Shown piece by piece: positions 1 through 10,100 of a stretch of 64,000 bases of DNA. Position 1 is the stretch's first letter, and each line of letters begins with the position of its first letter. The notes beneath the pieces were generated by a model. The model saw only the letters and a program-made list of their open reading frames with translations. It was not told where the DNA came from and ran no database searches. The DNA lies in NCBI GenBank assembly GCA_017514845.1, contig JAFWIM010000012.1, forward strand, positions 1,777 through 65,776. Direction: 5' to 3'. The position numbers and the translations under genes are program-made. This DNA comes from Lachnospiraceae bacterium (lineage in GTDB: Bacteria; Bacillota; Clostridia; Lachnospirales; Lachnospiraceae).

Positions 1-855
1 GCGCTTGATTCCGTCGAGGAAGAAAATACCGCTGCACAGGCGGAATGTGTGCTCAGCTACATTCCATATCTGATTTAGTTTTGGATCATCGCATGCAAAT
101 GCAGTTCGGACCGGAAAATCCACATACTGATAAACAGCCGTAAGTTCGACAGGTTCCCCCTCTATGAACACATATCGCAGCGCGCACCGCGGGCAGTGTC
201 CGACAGCTGACGCACCGGAGCCTGTAATCTCAGGTTCCCAGAAGAGATAGCAATCCTTGCCGGCCAAAGCTTCCGCGCGGGATTCACCGCAGTATACGGT
301 CATATGGCGAAGCCTTGTCTCGGGCGCCCGAATCTCAAGGCTGGCTGTAAGCTCCGTCTCGAACTTATAGAGAGTACCTCCGCATACCCTCTCAATACGC
401 ACAGGACGATACTCTGTTTCTGTATAATCCCATTCCGCCGGGTCCTGCGCCGGATCCGTATAGAGTTTATTGCAGCCCGCCGGGAGTTTCTCCGCATAGT
501 CATCCGAGAACCAGCCCGGGCCGGATGAAATGACGTCACCCTCAACAAGGGCGCTCGGCAGCGCATCGAGACGACCGAGGTGTACTGTCACCTTGACCTT
601 GCCGGGACCGCATTTTATCACAGATTCGAAGGAATGCTTTTCCTCATTGACGAGAACAAAACCTGAGCCGCGCGCATGGACTGTGAAACTCGTCTCCTCA
701 TCCAATACATATTCTCTTGAAAGGGCAATTCTGTTCCGAATGCCTTCACTCTTCCAGAAAGCCGGCCAGAAAAGCCCACGCTCCACGCGGCTGAAGTTCT
801 GCTTCATGGCATGCCATCTCTCAAAATCTCCCTGATACCATATCCAATAACTCAT
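1..855 (-). CDS. alpha-L-rhamnosidase (GH78-like), 5' part; runs off the window start
   Basis: Not in the ORF track. Manual translation from ATG at 855 (RBS AAGGAG at 861-866) is open to base 1: MSYWIWYQGDFERW...CDDPKLNQIWNVAEHTFRLCSGIFFLDGIKR. WIWYxGDF and FFLDGIKR(DR) are typical of Bacteroides-type GH78 enzymes. Confidence 0.8.
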   Translation of the reverse strand, partial: MSYWIWYQGDFERWHAMKQNFSRVERGLFWPAFWKSEGIRNRIALSREYVLDEETSFTVHARGSGFVLVNEEKHSFESVIKCGPGKVKVTVHLGRLDALPSALVEGDVISSGPGWFSDDYAEKLPAGCNKLYTDPAQDPAEWDYTETEYRPVRIERVCGGTLYKFETELTASLEIRAPETRLRHMTVYCGESRAEALAGKDCYLFWEPEITGSGASAVGHCPRCALRYVFIEGEPVELTAVYQYVDFPVRTAFACDDPKLNQIWNVAEHTFRLCSGIFFLDGIKR

Positions 856-944
856 ATTTTCTCCTTATCCGGACTTTGATTCCGTCCGCTCACACAAACT
901 GCCATAGTACGCAGGTAACAGTTCTTACAGGCTGTTGTCGGAGC

Positions 945-1127
945 TTAAGATCCGAGTTTCTCATCGAGATAATGCTTAAGGTCTGCAAGCATCTCATCGG
1001 AATAGAGGCTGTCCGCAGCGTGTCCCATGCCCGGGACCAGATGAAGGACTGTACTGTCATCTCCCAGCTTTCCCCGAAGCGCCTCATATAGTCTCTCCGA
1101 GTGCAGATACGGGACTGTCTTCATCAT
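945..1127 (-). pseudogene. C-terminal remnant of an alpha/beta-hydrolase (esterase)
   Basis: KTVPYLHSERLYEAL...LHLVPGMGHAAD resembles the HGxxDxxVPxxxS...GxGH C-terminus of esterases. The N-terminal half with GxSxG is absent and there is no clear RBS. Confidence 0.55.
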
Positions 1128-1178
1128 GGAATAGTTTCTGCGCTGGGAAATTACCCTTTTTATGATTTGTAATATAGC

Positions 1179-1204
1179 AAAAAAAAGCTGCCTAAACGGC
1201 AGCT
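1179..1204 (-). terminator. rho-independent terminator
   Basis: On the minus strand, AGCTGCC-GTTTA-GGCAGCT runs into a T8 tract. Confidence 0.75.
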
Positions 1205-1272
1205 GACGTGAAATGACTCAGTTTTGACCCGAAATGCAGCAGGGTATGACAAGGTCCGGGCAAGCTCTACGT

Positions 1273-1444
1273 CTAAGGCAGACTGAAGCTGATCTTTACG
1301 AGAAAGGTTCCGTTCTCCGCAGAAAAGTTCACCGTACCGTCATATCTGGCAACTGTATTTTTTATGCTCTTTGTACCATAGCCGTGGAATCGCTCATGCA
1401 TGTTCCTGTTCATCTTCCACAACGGCTATTCTGATTGTTGCCAT
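1273..1444 (-). pseudogene. collapsed two-component system: response regulator 5' end joined to a GHKL histidine kinase 3' end
   Basis: RBS GAAAGGGG precedes ATG at 1444, giving MATIRIAVVEDEQEHA* (receiver-domain start). A shifted frame continues ERFHGYGTKSIKNTVARYDGTVNFSAENGTFLVKISFSLP* (HATPase G2-box C-terminus). Confidence 0.7.
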
Positions 1445-1527
1445 CTATGCCCCTTTCACGCTGCCATGGTCAACGTAAGTCATAACTCCAAGTCAATAAT
1501 CCGCTTTTGTTCCACCGGAAAAAGCTT

Positions 1528-2181
1528 TCAGTCCCTTGACAGGACAAGAATCAGTATCCCCTCCCGAAAATCAATACGGGCGGTCTCGCCGGTCACCTCA
1601 TTGCTGACTCCGAGAGAACTTCCTCGGACAAGTGGGGCGTCCAGGAGCGGATATTTCATGCCGGTCAGGGTAACTCCGCTGACGAGATCAGTGAACGGCA
1701 GGAGCGATATATATCGTCCGGCCGCTTCATCCGCACAGAGAGTAATTCCTCTGTCAAGGAGCCTTAATTCGTTGTGCTCATCGACAAGTGTACATTTTAC
1801 TCCCCGCCGAAGGGGTATGAGACACAGATCCAGATTGGCAAGAAAGTGATCGAGCCGTCCTCCGGTCGCCCCGAGTATGACGATCTCTTCCGCTCCTTTA
1901 CGGAGGGCACACATGACTGCGGCCTCCGTGTCCGTAAAGTCTTTCTCCGCGGGATAAACCTCGACATAAGCGCCGGACTGCCTCATCTCATCGATACGTC
2001 CGCGCATGCCGGTGCTGTCATAATCACCCAGCACAATATCGGGCACGATTCCCGCGCGGACACAGGTATCGAGCCCTTTATCGGCGGCAATGACAATGTC
2101 ACTGCCGAACTTTTTAATATAGCGGGCGACGAAATCGGGATATGCCGGTCCGCCGCTCACAATGCTTATTCTGCCAGGCAC
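1528..2181 (-). CDS. thiN: thiamine diphosphokinase
   Basis: Motifs AADKG, GDYDS, EKDFTD, GATGGRLDH, LGVSNE; located downstream of rpe. Confidence 0.95.
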   Translation of the reverse strand: MPGRISIVSGGPAYPDFVARYIKKFGSDIVIAADKGLDTCVRAGIVPDIVLGDYDSTGMRGRIDEMRQSGAYVEVYPAEKDFTDTEAAVMCALRKGAEEIVILGATGGRLDHFLANLDLCLIPLRRGVKCTLVDEHNELRLLDRGITLCADEAAGRYISLLPFTDLVSGVTLTGMKYPLLDAPLVRGSSLGVSNEVTGETARIDFREGILILVLSRD

Positions 2182-2834
2182 CCCGGGAACACCTCTTTAA
2201 ATCTCAGAAGATTGGCTGCGATATCTCCCTTGTAGACAGCGCTGCCTGCCACAAGAATATTTGCGCCCGCTCCTGTAATTTCGGGGATATTTGCAAATGT
2301 CACCCCTCCGTCGACCTCAATCATGCACTCAGGATTCTTCTCCATTGTCATGGCCTTCACTTCCGCGATTCTCTCCGTGGATTCCGGAATATAGGACTGG
2401 CCGCCGAAGCCCGGCTCGACTGACATGAGCATAATATCATCGACTTTTTCAACGTAAGGAAGGAGAGCCTTCGTCGGGGTCTTCGGCTTGATGACGATGC
2501 CGACCTTCTTGCCTGCCGCGCGGATCTTATCTATCACAGCATCCGCGTCCTCTGTTGCCTCGAGGTGGAATGAAATGAGATCAGCGCCGGCCTTCGCGAA
2601 CTCATCAATGTAACGAATCGGATCGACGATCATAAGATGAACGTCAAAGAACAGATCCGTTGCCTTCCTGATCGAACTAACGACAGTCAATCCCAGAGAA
2701 ATATTCGGGACAAAAAGTCCGTCCATGACATCGACATGGAGCCATTTGACTCCGCCGTTCTCAAGGATCCTGAACTCGGACGACATATCCGCAAAATTCG
2801 CTGCTAGAATTGATGGGGCAAGTATGTTTTCCAT
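2166..2834 (-). CDS. rpe: ribulose-phosphate 3-epimerase
   Basis: Motifs APSIL, HVDVMDG.FVPN, DVHLM, MSVEPGFGGQ, EVDGG. Confidence 0.97.
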   Translation of the reverse strand: MENILAPSILAANFADMSSEFRILENGGVKWLHVDVMDGLFVPNISLGLTVVSSIRKATDLFFDVHLMIVDPIRYIDEFAKAGADLISFHLEATEDADAVIDKIRAAGKKVGIVIKPKTPTKALLPYVEKVDDIMLMSVEPGFGGQSYIPESTERIAEVKAMTMEKNPECMIEVDGGVTFANIPEITGAGANILVAGSAVYKGDIAANLLRFKEVFPGCLAE

Positions 2835-2852
2835 AATATCTCCTTTATACCT

Positions 2853-3740
2853 CTAATACTTTTGCTTTTCCTGCCGATACAGATCTTCGTAAATCAGGCA
2901 ATAGTTCTCGTATCTTTTGTGACTGATGAGTCCGTCCTTCAGAGCTTCTTTTACCCTGCAGTCCGGCTCATGAATGTGAACGCACCCGTCAAACCTGCAC
3001 TTTCCCTCATATGGTGCGAATTCCGCGTAATAATGCCGCAGCTCTTCCTTCTCTATGCCCTCAAGAAGAAGACTCGTGAATCCCGGCGTATCCATTATAT
3101 AAGTAGAATTACCGCACGGGATGAGCTCCGCGTGCCTTGTCGTATTCTTGCCGCGGGCAAGTTTTTTCGATATCTCGCCCGTCTCCATGTGGACGTTCGA
3201 CTGGCATGCGTTGGTCAACGTGGATTTGCCTACGCCGGACGGACCCGCAAGGAGGGTCGTCTTTCCGGCCATGAACTCTTTGATTTCTTCGATTCCGTCT
3301 CCCTCGGCAAAGCTGGCAAAAAATACCCGGTATCCGCATGCCGAATAGGTTTCACGCAGTTCTTCCTTGTCCTTACAGCTTGCCAGATCCTGCTTGTTAA
3401 AACATATGGCTGAAGGGATTCCCTTCATGTCCATGGATATAAGAAATCTGTCGAGCAGCACAAGATTCGGGTCAGGGCTCTTCAGAGCGAACAGAATGAG
3501 AGCCTGCTCCACATTGGCCGAAGCAGGGCGAATCAGTTCATTGACGCGGGGAGCGATAGCGACGAGACTTCCCTCGCGATCCTTCTCGTGGGTGATCTCA
3601 ATCTCCACATCATCGCCGACGAGAGGCTTCTTCCCGAGCTTCCGGAAGATGCCTTTCGCCTTACAAGCATAAATGCCGGATTCTACAGTATCGACATAGT
3701 AGAATCCGGCAATTCCTTTTATTATCTTTCCCTTAAGCAT
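2853..3740 (-). CDS. rsgA: ribosome small subunit-dependent GTPase A
   Basis: Permuted GTPase order NKQD, GPSGVGKS, TTR, DTPG; zinc finger CRFDGCVHIHEPDC. Confidence 0.97.
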   Translation of the reverse strand: MLKGKIIKGIAGFYYVDTVESGIYACKAKGIFRKLGKKPLVGDDVEIEITHEKDREGSLVAIAPRVNELIRPASANVEQALILFALKSPDPNLVLLDRFLISMDMKGIPSAICFNKQDLASCKDKEELRETYSACGYRVFFASFAEGDGIEEIKEFMAGKTTLLAGPSGVGKSTLTNACQSNVHMETGEISKKLARGKNTTRHAELIPCGNSTYIMDTPGFTSLLLEGIEKEELRHYYAEFAPYEGKCRFDGCVHIHEPDCRVKEALKDGLISHKRYENYCLIYEDLYRQEKQKY

Positions 3741-5890
3741 CAGCCGGCGGATGAGAATACTACCGGCCAGGAGGCACGGGAGATATAATCGCCGTCATAG
3801 AGCTCATACATGACGACTTTTCCTTCGGATACGCCTGCCGCACCCTTGCAGAGCAGCTGGTATGGGAAGTCAATATAGTCACCTTCATCAACAGTCGTCT
3901 CGACAGTCTGGCCATTAACGGTCTGCTGAAGTACCAGTCTGAATGGGCCGCCCTGATAATTGGAAGGAGCGTCCAGCGTGGAGTTCGTTGTCCAGCTTGC
4001 CGTCTGAATGGTCGCGCCGCCGCCTGTCGTTCCCGTCTGACCGATCATGTCAGGATTATTAACTGTCAGAGTGATCTCCGTGCCGACGGAAACTTCGGTA
4101 CCGCTGGAAATGCTCTGCTTGATGACATCGCCGACATTTACACGGTCGGAGGAGCCGTACTCGATCCTGACAATAAGGCCCATACCCTGAAGCGCGGCTA
4201 CGGCCTGATCCTCAGGCAGTCCGCCGTAGGAGCTGACAGTTACCTTTGCGGCATTCTCGGATCCGGTGCTGACGGTCAGTGTGATGAGGTCAGTCGGTCC
4301 GACGTTCTCTCCTACGCCCGGTGATACAGAAATGACGTTACCGATCGGTACTTCCTCGGACGGTGCGTTCGCCACCTGCAGGTTAGAGAATCCTGCGGAT
4401 GTCAGAGCGTTCTGCGCGTCAGTCAGGGATGCGCCAATGACATCCGGCATCGTGATCGTAGTGCGTCCGCTGCTTCTATAGTAGTAGATCGTCGTGTTCT
4501 TGTCGACCTTGGAGCCGGCTGCGGGATCCTGTTCCATGATGATCCCCGCTTCATACTCCTCTGACTCCTTCTCGCCCATATACTTGATGCCGAGATTGGC
4601 TTCCTGTGCTTTGGCAGCTGCCTCGCTCTCAGACATGCCCACGATGACCGGAACTTCCACCTGACTTGTGGATTCCGTTGTCCCGTTGTCACCCACTGCC
4701 GCCACAGTGCTCTCGACTGCGACCTGATTGCTCTCCTCGGAGCCTCTGCCCATGCTGAAGAGGCCGGCCGCCCGCGCGATGAAATAGATGAGGACGCAGA
4801 TGATCAGCGCGCCGATCACAAAGACTCCGATCGTCATGGCCTTCTCAAGTCTTCCGGAGAGACCGTCATCCGAATCATCATATGGGTCATCATATGGCTC
4901 ATCCTCCGGCAGCTCACGGCCAGACTTTGCGGCAGCTGTCGATGTATATGTTTTCTGGCTGATATCTGTGCGCGTATAGCCGTCGCTGCGGATGCGGTCC
5001 TGCTCTTCCGGTGTAATCACGACTGTTCTCGCGTGATCCGAGAGCGGTGTCAGCGTGACAAAACGACCGTCCGGTTCCACAAGCGAATGCTTCAGGTCAT
5101 TAATGACGTCGTTCATCGACTGATATCTTCTGTCAACGCTCTTCTGTGTACACTTATAAATGATCTGCTCCAGAGAGTACGGGAGATCCGGCGCGTATTT
5201 CGACGGCGGATCCATCTCATCCTGCAAATGCTTGATCGCGATGGCGACTGTCGTCTCTCCGTCAAACGGCACACGTCCTGTGACCATCTCGTACAGAGTG
5301 ATACCGAGAGAATAGATATCGGATCTGGAGTCGGAATAACCGCCCCTCACCTGCTCGGGAGAGCTGTAATGGACAGAACCCATCGCGTTGGCGCTGATGG
5401 TATTGGACGAAGCTGCCCGCGCAATACCGAAGTCAGTCACCTTGACTTTTCCGTCAGTGGAAATAATGATGTTCTGAGGTTTTACATCCCGGTGTACAAT
5501 ACCGGCCTGATGGGCTGCCGCGAGACCCATACAGACCTGAATGGCAATACTGGTCGCCTCGCGGACAGAAAGCTTGCCCTTTTTCGATATATACTCTTTA
5601 AGCGTAATGCCCTCGACGAGTTCCATGACAATGTAATAATTGCCCATGTCCTCGCCGACATCGAATACATTCACGATATTCGGATTGGCAAGACGAGCCG
5701 CTGACTGCGCCTCTCTCCTGAACTTGGAAATAAAGGTGCCGTCCTCACGGAACTCACTCTTCATGACTTTAACGGCTACGAACCTGTTCAGCTTATGGTC
5801 CTTAGCCTTATAAACATCGGCCATACCGCCCGATCCGACACGGCCAACAATTTCGTATCGTTCCCCTAAAACTGTCCCCGCTTTTAACAT
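3740..5890 (-). CDS. pknB: PASTA-domain Ser/Thr protein kinase (PrkC/Stk1)
   Basis: GSGGMA, VAVK, HRDVKPQN, DFGIA; one TM helix followed by about three PASTA repeats. Confidence 0.95.
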   Translation of the reverse strand: MLKAGTVLGERYEIVGRVGSGGMADVYKAKDHKLNRFVAVKVMKSEFREDGTFISKFRREAQSAARLANPNIVNVFDVGEDMGNYYIVMELVEGITLKEYISKKGKLSVREATSIAIQVCMGLAAAHQAGIVHRDVKPQNIIISTDGKVKVTDFGIARAASSNTISANAMGSVHYSSPEQVRGGYSDSRSDIYSLGITLYEMVTGRVPFDGETTVAIAIKHLQDEMDPPSKYAPDLPYSLEQIIYKCTQKSVDRRYQSMNDVINDLKHSLVEPDGRFVTLTPLSDHARTVVITPEEQDRIRSDGYTRTDISQKTYTSTAAAKSGRELPEDEPYDDPYDDSDDGLSGRLEKAMTIGVFVIGALIICVLIYFIARAAGLFSMGRGSEESNQVAVESTVAAVGDNGTTESTSQVEVPVIVGMSESEAAAKAQEANLGIKYMGEKESEEYEAGIIMEQDPAAGSKVDKNTTIYYYRSSGRTTITMPDVIGASLTDAQNALTSAGFSNLQVANAPSEEVPIGNVISVSPGVGENVGPTDLITLTVSTGSENAAKVTVSSYGGLPEDQAVAALQGMGLIVRIEYGSSDRVNVGDVIKQSISSGTEVSVGTEITLTVNNPDMIGQTGTTGGGATIQTASWTTNSTLDAPSNYQGGPFRLVLQQTVNGQTVETTVDEGDYIDFPYQLLCKGAAGVSEGKVVMYELYDGDYISRASWPVVFSSAG

Positions 5891-6627
5891 TATGCCTCCT
5901 CGTCCGAATCCGGTTCTACCAGAATGACTGCAATGTTATCTTTTCCGCCGTTTTCGTTCGCTGTTTCAACCAGCACTCTGGCTTTTTCTTCGATAGAAAC
6001 TGTTCGTCTGAGAATTCTTCTTATATCCTCATCCTCCACCATATTGGAGAGTCCGTCAGAGCACATGAGAATCATTCCCCCAGGTTCGACCTTATAGTCA
6101 AAGAAATCAATGTCCACAGCGGGAGTAGCGCCGACTGCTCTCGTGATGATATTCTTATCCGGATGGTTCCGGGCTTCCGCCTCTGTGATCTCTCCGAGTC
6201 TGACCATCTCCTCTACAAGACTGTGGTCTTTTGTGATCTGCTTCAGTGTATCGCCGAGAAGGTACAGGCGGCTGTCTCCGACATTTGCAGTATATGCGTA
6301 ATGGTCGATGATGGTCGTCACGACAATTGTCGTGCCCATACCGCGCATTTCTTCGTGCTCATCCGATTCCTTCAGTATACCCCTGTTGGCAAGCTCGATC
6401 GCGTCACGTATCAGCTTGATCGGATTGGTCTCACGGCTTGCACCGATCGATTCTCTGACGGCGTTGACCGCGAAACGCGACGCGAAGTCGCCGGCTTTAT
6501 GTCCTCCCATACCGTCTGCCACAATGAACAGATTGGGAAGATTTCCGACAGGGCCGGTCGATGCATACACGCAGTCCTGATTAATTTTTCTTCTCTGTCC
6601 CACATCAGTGAGTGCGAAAGCTTTCAT
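5890..6627 (-). CDS. stp1: PP2C-type Ser/Thr phosphatase (Stp1/PrpC)
   Basis: ADGMGGH, NVGDSR, CSDGL, GGKDN; TAATG overlap with the kinase gene. Confidence 0.95.
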   Translation of the reverse strand: MKAFALTDVGQRRKINQDCVYASTGPVGNLPNLFIVADGMGGHKAGDFASRFAVNAVRESIGASRETNPIKLIRDAIELANRGILKESDEHEEMRGMGTTIVVTTIIDHYAYTANVGDSRLYLLGDTLKQITKDHSLVEEMVRLGEITEAEARNHPDKNIITRAVGATPAVDIDFFDYKVEPGGMILMCSDGLSNMVEDEDIRRILRRTVSIEEKARVLVETANENGGKDNIAVILVEPDSDEEA

Positions 6628-7691
6628 AGTTTATCCGTTTCTGTGTACCTTTTTCTTAATTGTCCACAGGCCCCGTCAATATCACGGCCCATTTCCCTTC
6701 TAATAGTAACATTTATTGTATAATTTTCAAGTTTTTTCTGAAAGGCCGTCACCGCGCGGCGGTCCGGCGCCTTCATACCGGTCTCCCTGACCGGATTGAC
6801 CGGAATCAGGTTGACCAGACAATTCATGCCCGAAAGCAGCTGCGCGAGCTCTCCGGCACAGGTATCCGAATCATTAACTCCGGCTATCAGGCTGTATTCA
6901 AATGTAAGCCTTCTGTGCGTCGCCTCGTAATAGACTTTCAGTGCATCCATGATCTCGCGAAGCGTGAAGCTCTTCGCGACAGGCATGATTTTCCGCCTCA
7001 TCTCGTCATTCGGAGCGTGCAGGGACAGTGCCAGATTAATGCTCAGTTTTTCTTCCGCCAGTCTCAGGATACCCGGAACGATCCCGCATGTGGACACAGT
7101 GACATTTCTCTCACTGATATTGTGACCGTCCGCGTCCGTGAGCATCCGTATAAAGCGCACGACATTTTCATAGTTGTCGAGGGGTTCCCCCGTTCCCATG
7201 ACTACGACATTGGAGATTCTCTGTCCGAAATCTCTCTCGATCGCGTAGATCTGGCCGAGCATCTCGCCCGCCGTCAGATTTCTCGTGAGTCCTCCGATCG
7301 TGGAAGCGCAGAATGTACAGCCCATCCGACAGCCCACCTGGGAAGATATGCAGACCGTGTTCCCGTGATGATACATCATGAGAACGCTCTCTACGTAGTT
7401 TCCGTCATGCATACGGAACAGATACTTCCTGGTCCCGTCCACTTTGGATATCTGCACGGTCTCCCTGACCGGCAGAAGGAGCGGATACTGAGCCTCGAGG
7501 CGGGCACGAAGATCTTTCGACAGATTCGTCATCTCATCGTAGGATGCCGCGTTCTTCACGTGGATCCACTCATAAATCTGACGCGCTCTGAATTTCTTCT
7601 GCCCGATTTCCTCCATTAAAGAGGACACTTCAGGCATCGTCATATCTATTATATTGACATATTCCTGTGAATGTTCTGTGTTTGACTGCAT
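6624..7691 (-). CDS. rlmN: dual-specificity RNA methyltransferase RlmN
   Basis: Radical-SAM motif CRMGCTFC, MGTGEP, DIDGACGQL. Start moved to ATG 7691 (RBS GAGGAG) from 7790. Confidence 0.95.
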   Translation of the reverse strand: MQSNTEHSQEYVNIIDMTMPEVSSLMEEIGQKKFRARQIYEWIHVKNAASYDEMTNLSKDLRARLEAQYPLLLPVRETVQISKVDGTRKYLFRMHDGNYVESVLMMYHHGNTVCISSQVGCRMGCTFCASTIGGLTRNLTAGEMLGQIYAIERDFGQRISNVVVMGTGEPLDNYENVVRFIRMLTDADGHNISERNVTVSTCGIVPGILRLAEEKLSINLALSLHAPNDEMRRKIMPVAKSFTLREIMDALKVYYEATHRRLTFEYSLIAGVNDSDTCAGELAQLLSGMNCLVNLIPVNPVRETGMKAPDRRAVTAFQKKLENYTINVTIRREMGRDIDGACGQLRKRYTETDKL

Positions 7692-7786
7692 ATACTCCTC
7701 ACTTGTGATAGTGGCCAATGGACGTTCGCTTTTACCCGCAGGGCACGCATGCGCCGACCGCAGCAAAGCGGTGACCGCGCCAAGTC

Positions 7787-9139
7787 TCACTCATTTTTGC
7801 GGAATCTTGCAATAAAGAAGCCGTCGCACTCATGAATGCCGGGGACAAGCTGAAGATAGCCCTCCGCCGTCGTGTGCCTATGCAGCTCATGCGGGAGATA
7901 CGGATCCAGACTGTCCGGTGTCAGCGGATAATTCTCCGTGAGCCACCTGACATTCTCCTCGTTCTCCATGCGGCTGACCGTGCAGGTGCTGTAAATCAGA
8001 GTCCCGCCCGGTCTCACATAGCTCACCGCATTGTGCAGGATCCTCCTCTGGAGCTCCTGAAGCTCCTGGATCTTGGCGGGAGTGATTCTGTACTTGATGT
8101 CGGCCTTCCTGCCGATCACACCAAGCCCCGAACAGGGCAGGTCACATATCACAATATCCGCTTTCTCCTCAGATTCCTGATCATGCATGAGAGCATCCAT
8201 GACGACCGGTCTGATATTGATGAGGTCCGCGCGGGTCACGTTCTGAACGATGAGGGCGACCTTTTCCTCGGAGAGATCCCTCGCTTCGACCATGCCGTAG
8301 GATGCCATCTTGTCCGCTATGTGAAGGCTCTTCCCTCCCGGGGCTGCGCACACGTCGATGACGTAGTCGCCCTGTCTCGGGGCGGCCGCCTCGGCCACAA
8401 GCATGGAACTTACGTCCTGAGGGAAAATGAGTCCCTTCATGAACGCGTCCAGAGCGGGCAGATAATTGTAATCAGAAATATTGTAGGCATAGGGAAGATA
8501 CGGAGCTTTCTTTACCGTAACGCCCTGATTCCTTAAGCTGTTCAGTATATCCGCCCGGTTCACCCGGCTCGTCTTCAGTCTGATCGTCGTGGGCTTCACC
8601 TCGAGGAAACTTGCGAACATCTTCTCGGCAACTATCATGCCGTACTCTTTGAGCCAGGCTTCCGCCAGCCATTCCGGTACGCTGTAGGTGACAGACAGAT
8701 AGCTGACGGGCTCCTTTTCAGCGCTCGGATACTCGATCGACCCGGCGTTCCGAACTATGTTCCGGAGAACACCGTTCACGAACCCTTTCAGATTGTAGAA
8801 CCCTCTGGTCTGCGCGAGGCGAACAGCTTCATTGACCGCCGATGCGTTCGGAACACTGTCCATATAGAGGATCTGGTAGGTGCTCATACGCAGAATATTC
8901 TGGATGACAGGTTTCATGCGAGGCACGGGCAGCGTCGAATATCTGCTTATGCAGTAATCGAGCTCGATCAGTCTCTCAACAGTCCCCTCACAGACTTTAG
9001 TGATGAACGCGCGGTCTCTCTTCGAAAAATACTGTACTTTTTCCAGTGCGTTGTGAATCGCTATATTACTGTAGACACCATCTTTAAATATTGTTAATAG
9101 TATATCCAGTATAATTTCCCTAAGGTTGCTTGCCGGCAC
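7787..9139 (-). CDS. rsmB: 16S rRNA m5C967 methyltransferase
   Basis: NusB-like N-terminus, QDVSS, DVCAAPGGKS, DLPCSG, YSTCT. Confidence 0.95.
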   Translation of the reverse strand: MPASNLREIILDILLTIFKDGVYSNIAIHNALEKVQYFSKRDRAFITKVCEGTVERLIELDYCISRYSTLPVPRMKPVIQNILRMSTYQILYMDSVPNASAVNEAVRLAQTRGFYNLKGFVNGVLRNIVRNAGSIEYPSAEKEPVSYLSVTYSVPEWLAEAWLKEYGMIVAEKMFASFLEVKPTTIRLKTSRVNRADILNSLRNQGVTVKKAPYLPYAYNISDYNYLPALDAFMKGLIFPQDVSSMLVAEAAAPRQGDYVIDVCAAPGGKSLHIADKMASYGMVEARDLSEEKVALIVQNVTRADLINIRPVVMDALMHDQESEEKADIVICDLPCSGLGVIGRKADIKYRITPAKIQELQELQRRILHNAVSYVRPGGTLIYSTCTVSRMENEENVRWLTENYPLTPDSLDPYLPHELHRHTTAEGYLQLVPGIHECDGFFIARFRKNE

Positions 9140-9157
9140 TGTATATCCTCCCTGCCA

Positions 9158-10084
9158 TCACTTAAGAACGTTGTTTTTTATTGTATATCCTCTGAGGAAG
9201 TCGGACGTCTTCATGCGCTTCTTTCCCTCGATCTGAACTTCATCCGGGCACACATATCCCTTCCCGGTCTGAATCAGCATGCGTCCGCCCTCAACTGTTT
9301 GAACCGTTCCGGCCGCGCCGCGCGCCTCCGGCTCCTCCACATGGGCTTTGAAAATGCGGAAATTCTTTCCGTCGAGCGCAGTGAAAGCGCTTGGCCACGG
9401 ATCGTATCCCCTGACTTTTCTGCATATGGTCTCCGCGCTCTCCGTCCAGTCGATCCTCCCGTCCTCCTTCTTGAACATCTTCACATAGGAGACGTTCTCC
9501 ATAGGCTGCGGTGTCCTGACCGCCGTCCCGCTCTCTATAGCAGGCAGCGTGTCGACGAGAAGCTCTGCGCCGATGACAGACAGCTTGTCGAAGAGGCTCC
9601 CTCCGGTCTCCTCCGGAGATATGGGGCACTCTCTCACTGAAATAATATCCCCGGTGTCAAGTCCGACATCCATCTGCATGATCGTGACGCCTGTCTTCTC
9701 ACAGCCATCGATGATAGCCTGCTGGATCGGCGCCGCGCCGCGGTAAGCAGGCAGAAGCGACGCGTGTACATTGACGCATCCGAGGGGCGGCAGCTCAAGG
9801 AGTTCCTTCGGGAGGATCTGGCCGAAAGCGGCGACGACGATGATATCCGGCTTCATATCAGCGATCTCGGTGAGAGCCTCCTCGTTCCTGACTCTCCTCG
9901 GCTGGAAAACGCGGATTCCGCGTGACACAGCCAGCTCCTTGACCGGGCATGGGCACAGTTCTTTTTTGCGTCCTTTAGGGCGGTCCGGCTGAGTGACGAC
10001 ACCGGTCACCGTATATCCATTGTCAAGAATTGCCTTAAGTATACCGGCGGCAAAATCCGGTGTTCCCATAAAGACTATATTCAC
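9158..10084 (-). CDS. fmt: methionyl-tRNA formyltransferase
   Basis: IVFMGTPDFA, TQPDRP, NVHASLLP.YRGAAP. Start moved to GTG 10084 (RBS GGAGGTGGAG). Confidence 0.96.
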   Translation of the reverse strand: MNIVFMGTPDFAAGILKAILDNGYTVTGVVTQPDRPKGRKKELCPCPVKELAVSRGIRVFQPRRVRNEEALTEIADMKPDIIVVAAFGQILPKELLELPPLGCVNVHASLLPAYRGAAPIQQAIIDGCEKTGVTIMQMDVGLDTGDIISVRECPISPEETGGSLFDKLSVIGAELLVDTLPAIESGTAVRTPQPMENVSYVKMFKKEDGRIDWTESAETICRKVRGYDPWPSAFTALDGKNFRIFKAHVEEPEARGAAGTVQTVEGGRMLIQTGKGYVCPDEVQIEGKKRMKTSDFLRGYTIKNNVLK

Positions 10085-10100
10085 TGCGCTCCACCTCCAT

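Noticed and set aside
300-835. Short ORFs 300..566, 304..528 and 530..835 in the track
   Set aside because: They overlap the real minus-strand rhamnosidase frame (1..855) and carry no motifs.
1205-1272. Possible riboswitch ahead of the terminator at 1179-1204
   Set aside because: No recognisable aptamer consensus; better explained as the 3' UTR of the deleted two-component operon.
1234-1450. Expected rpmB (L28) or spoVM after thiN
   Set aside because: No such sequence in the frames examined; the region holds the two-component remnant.
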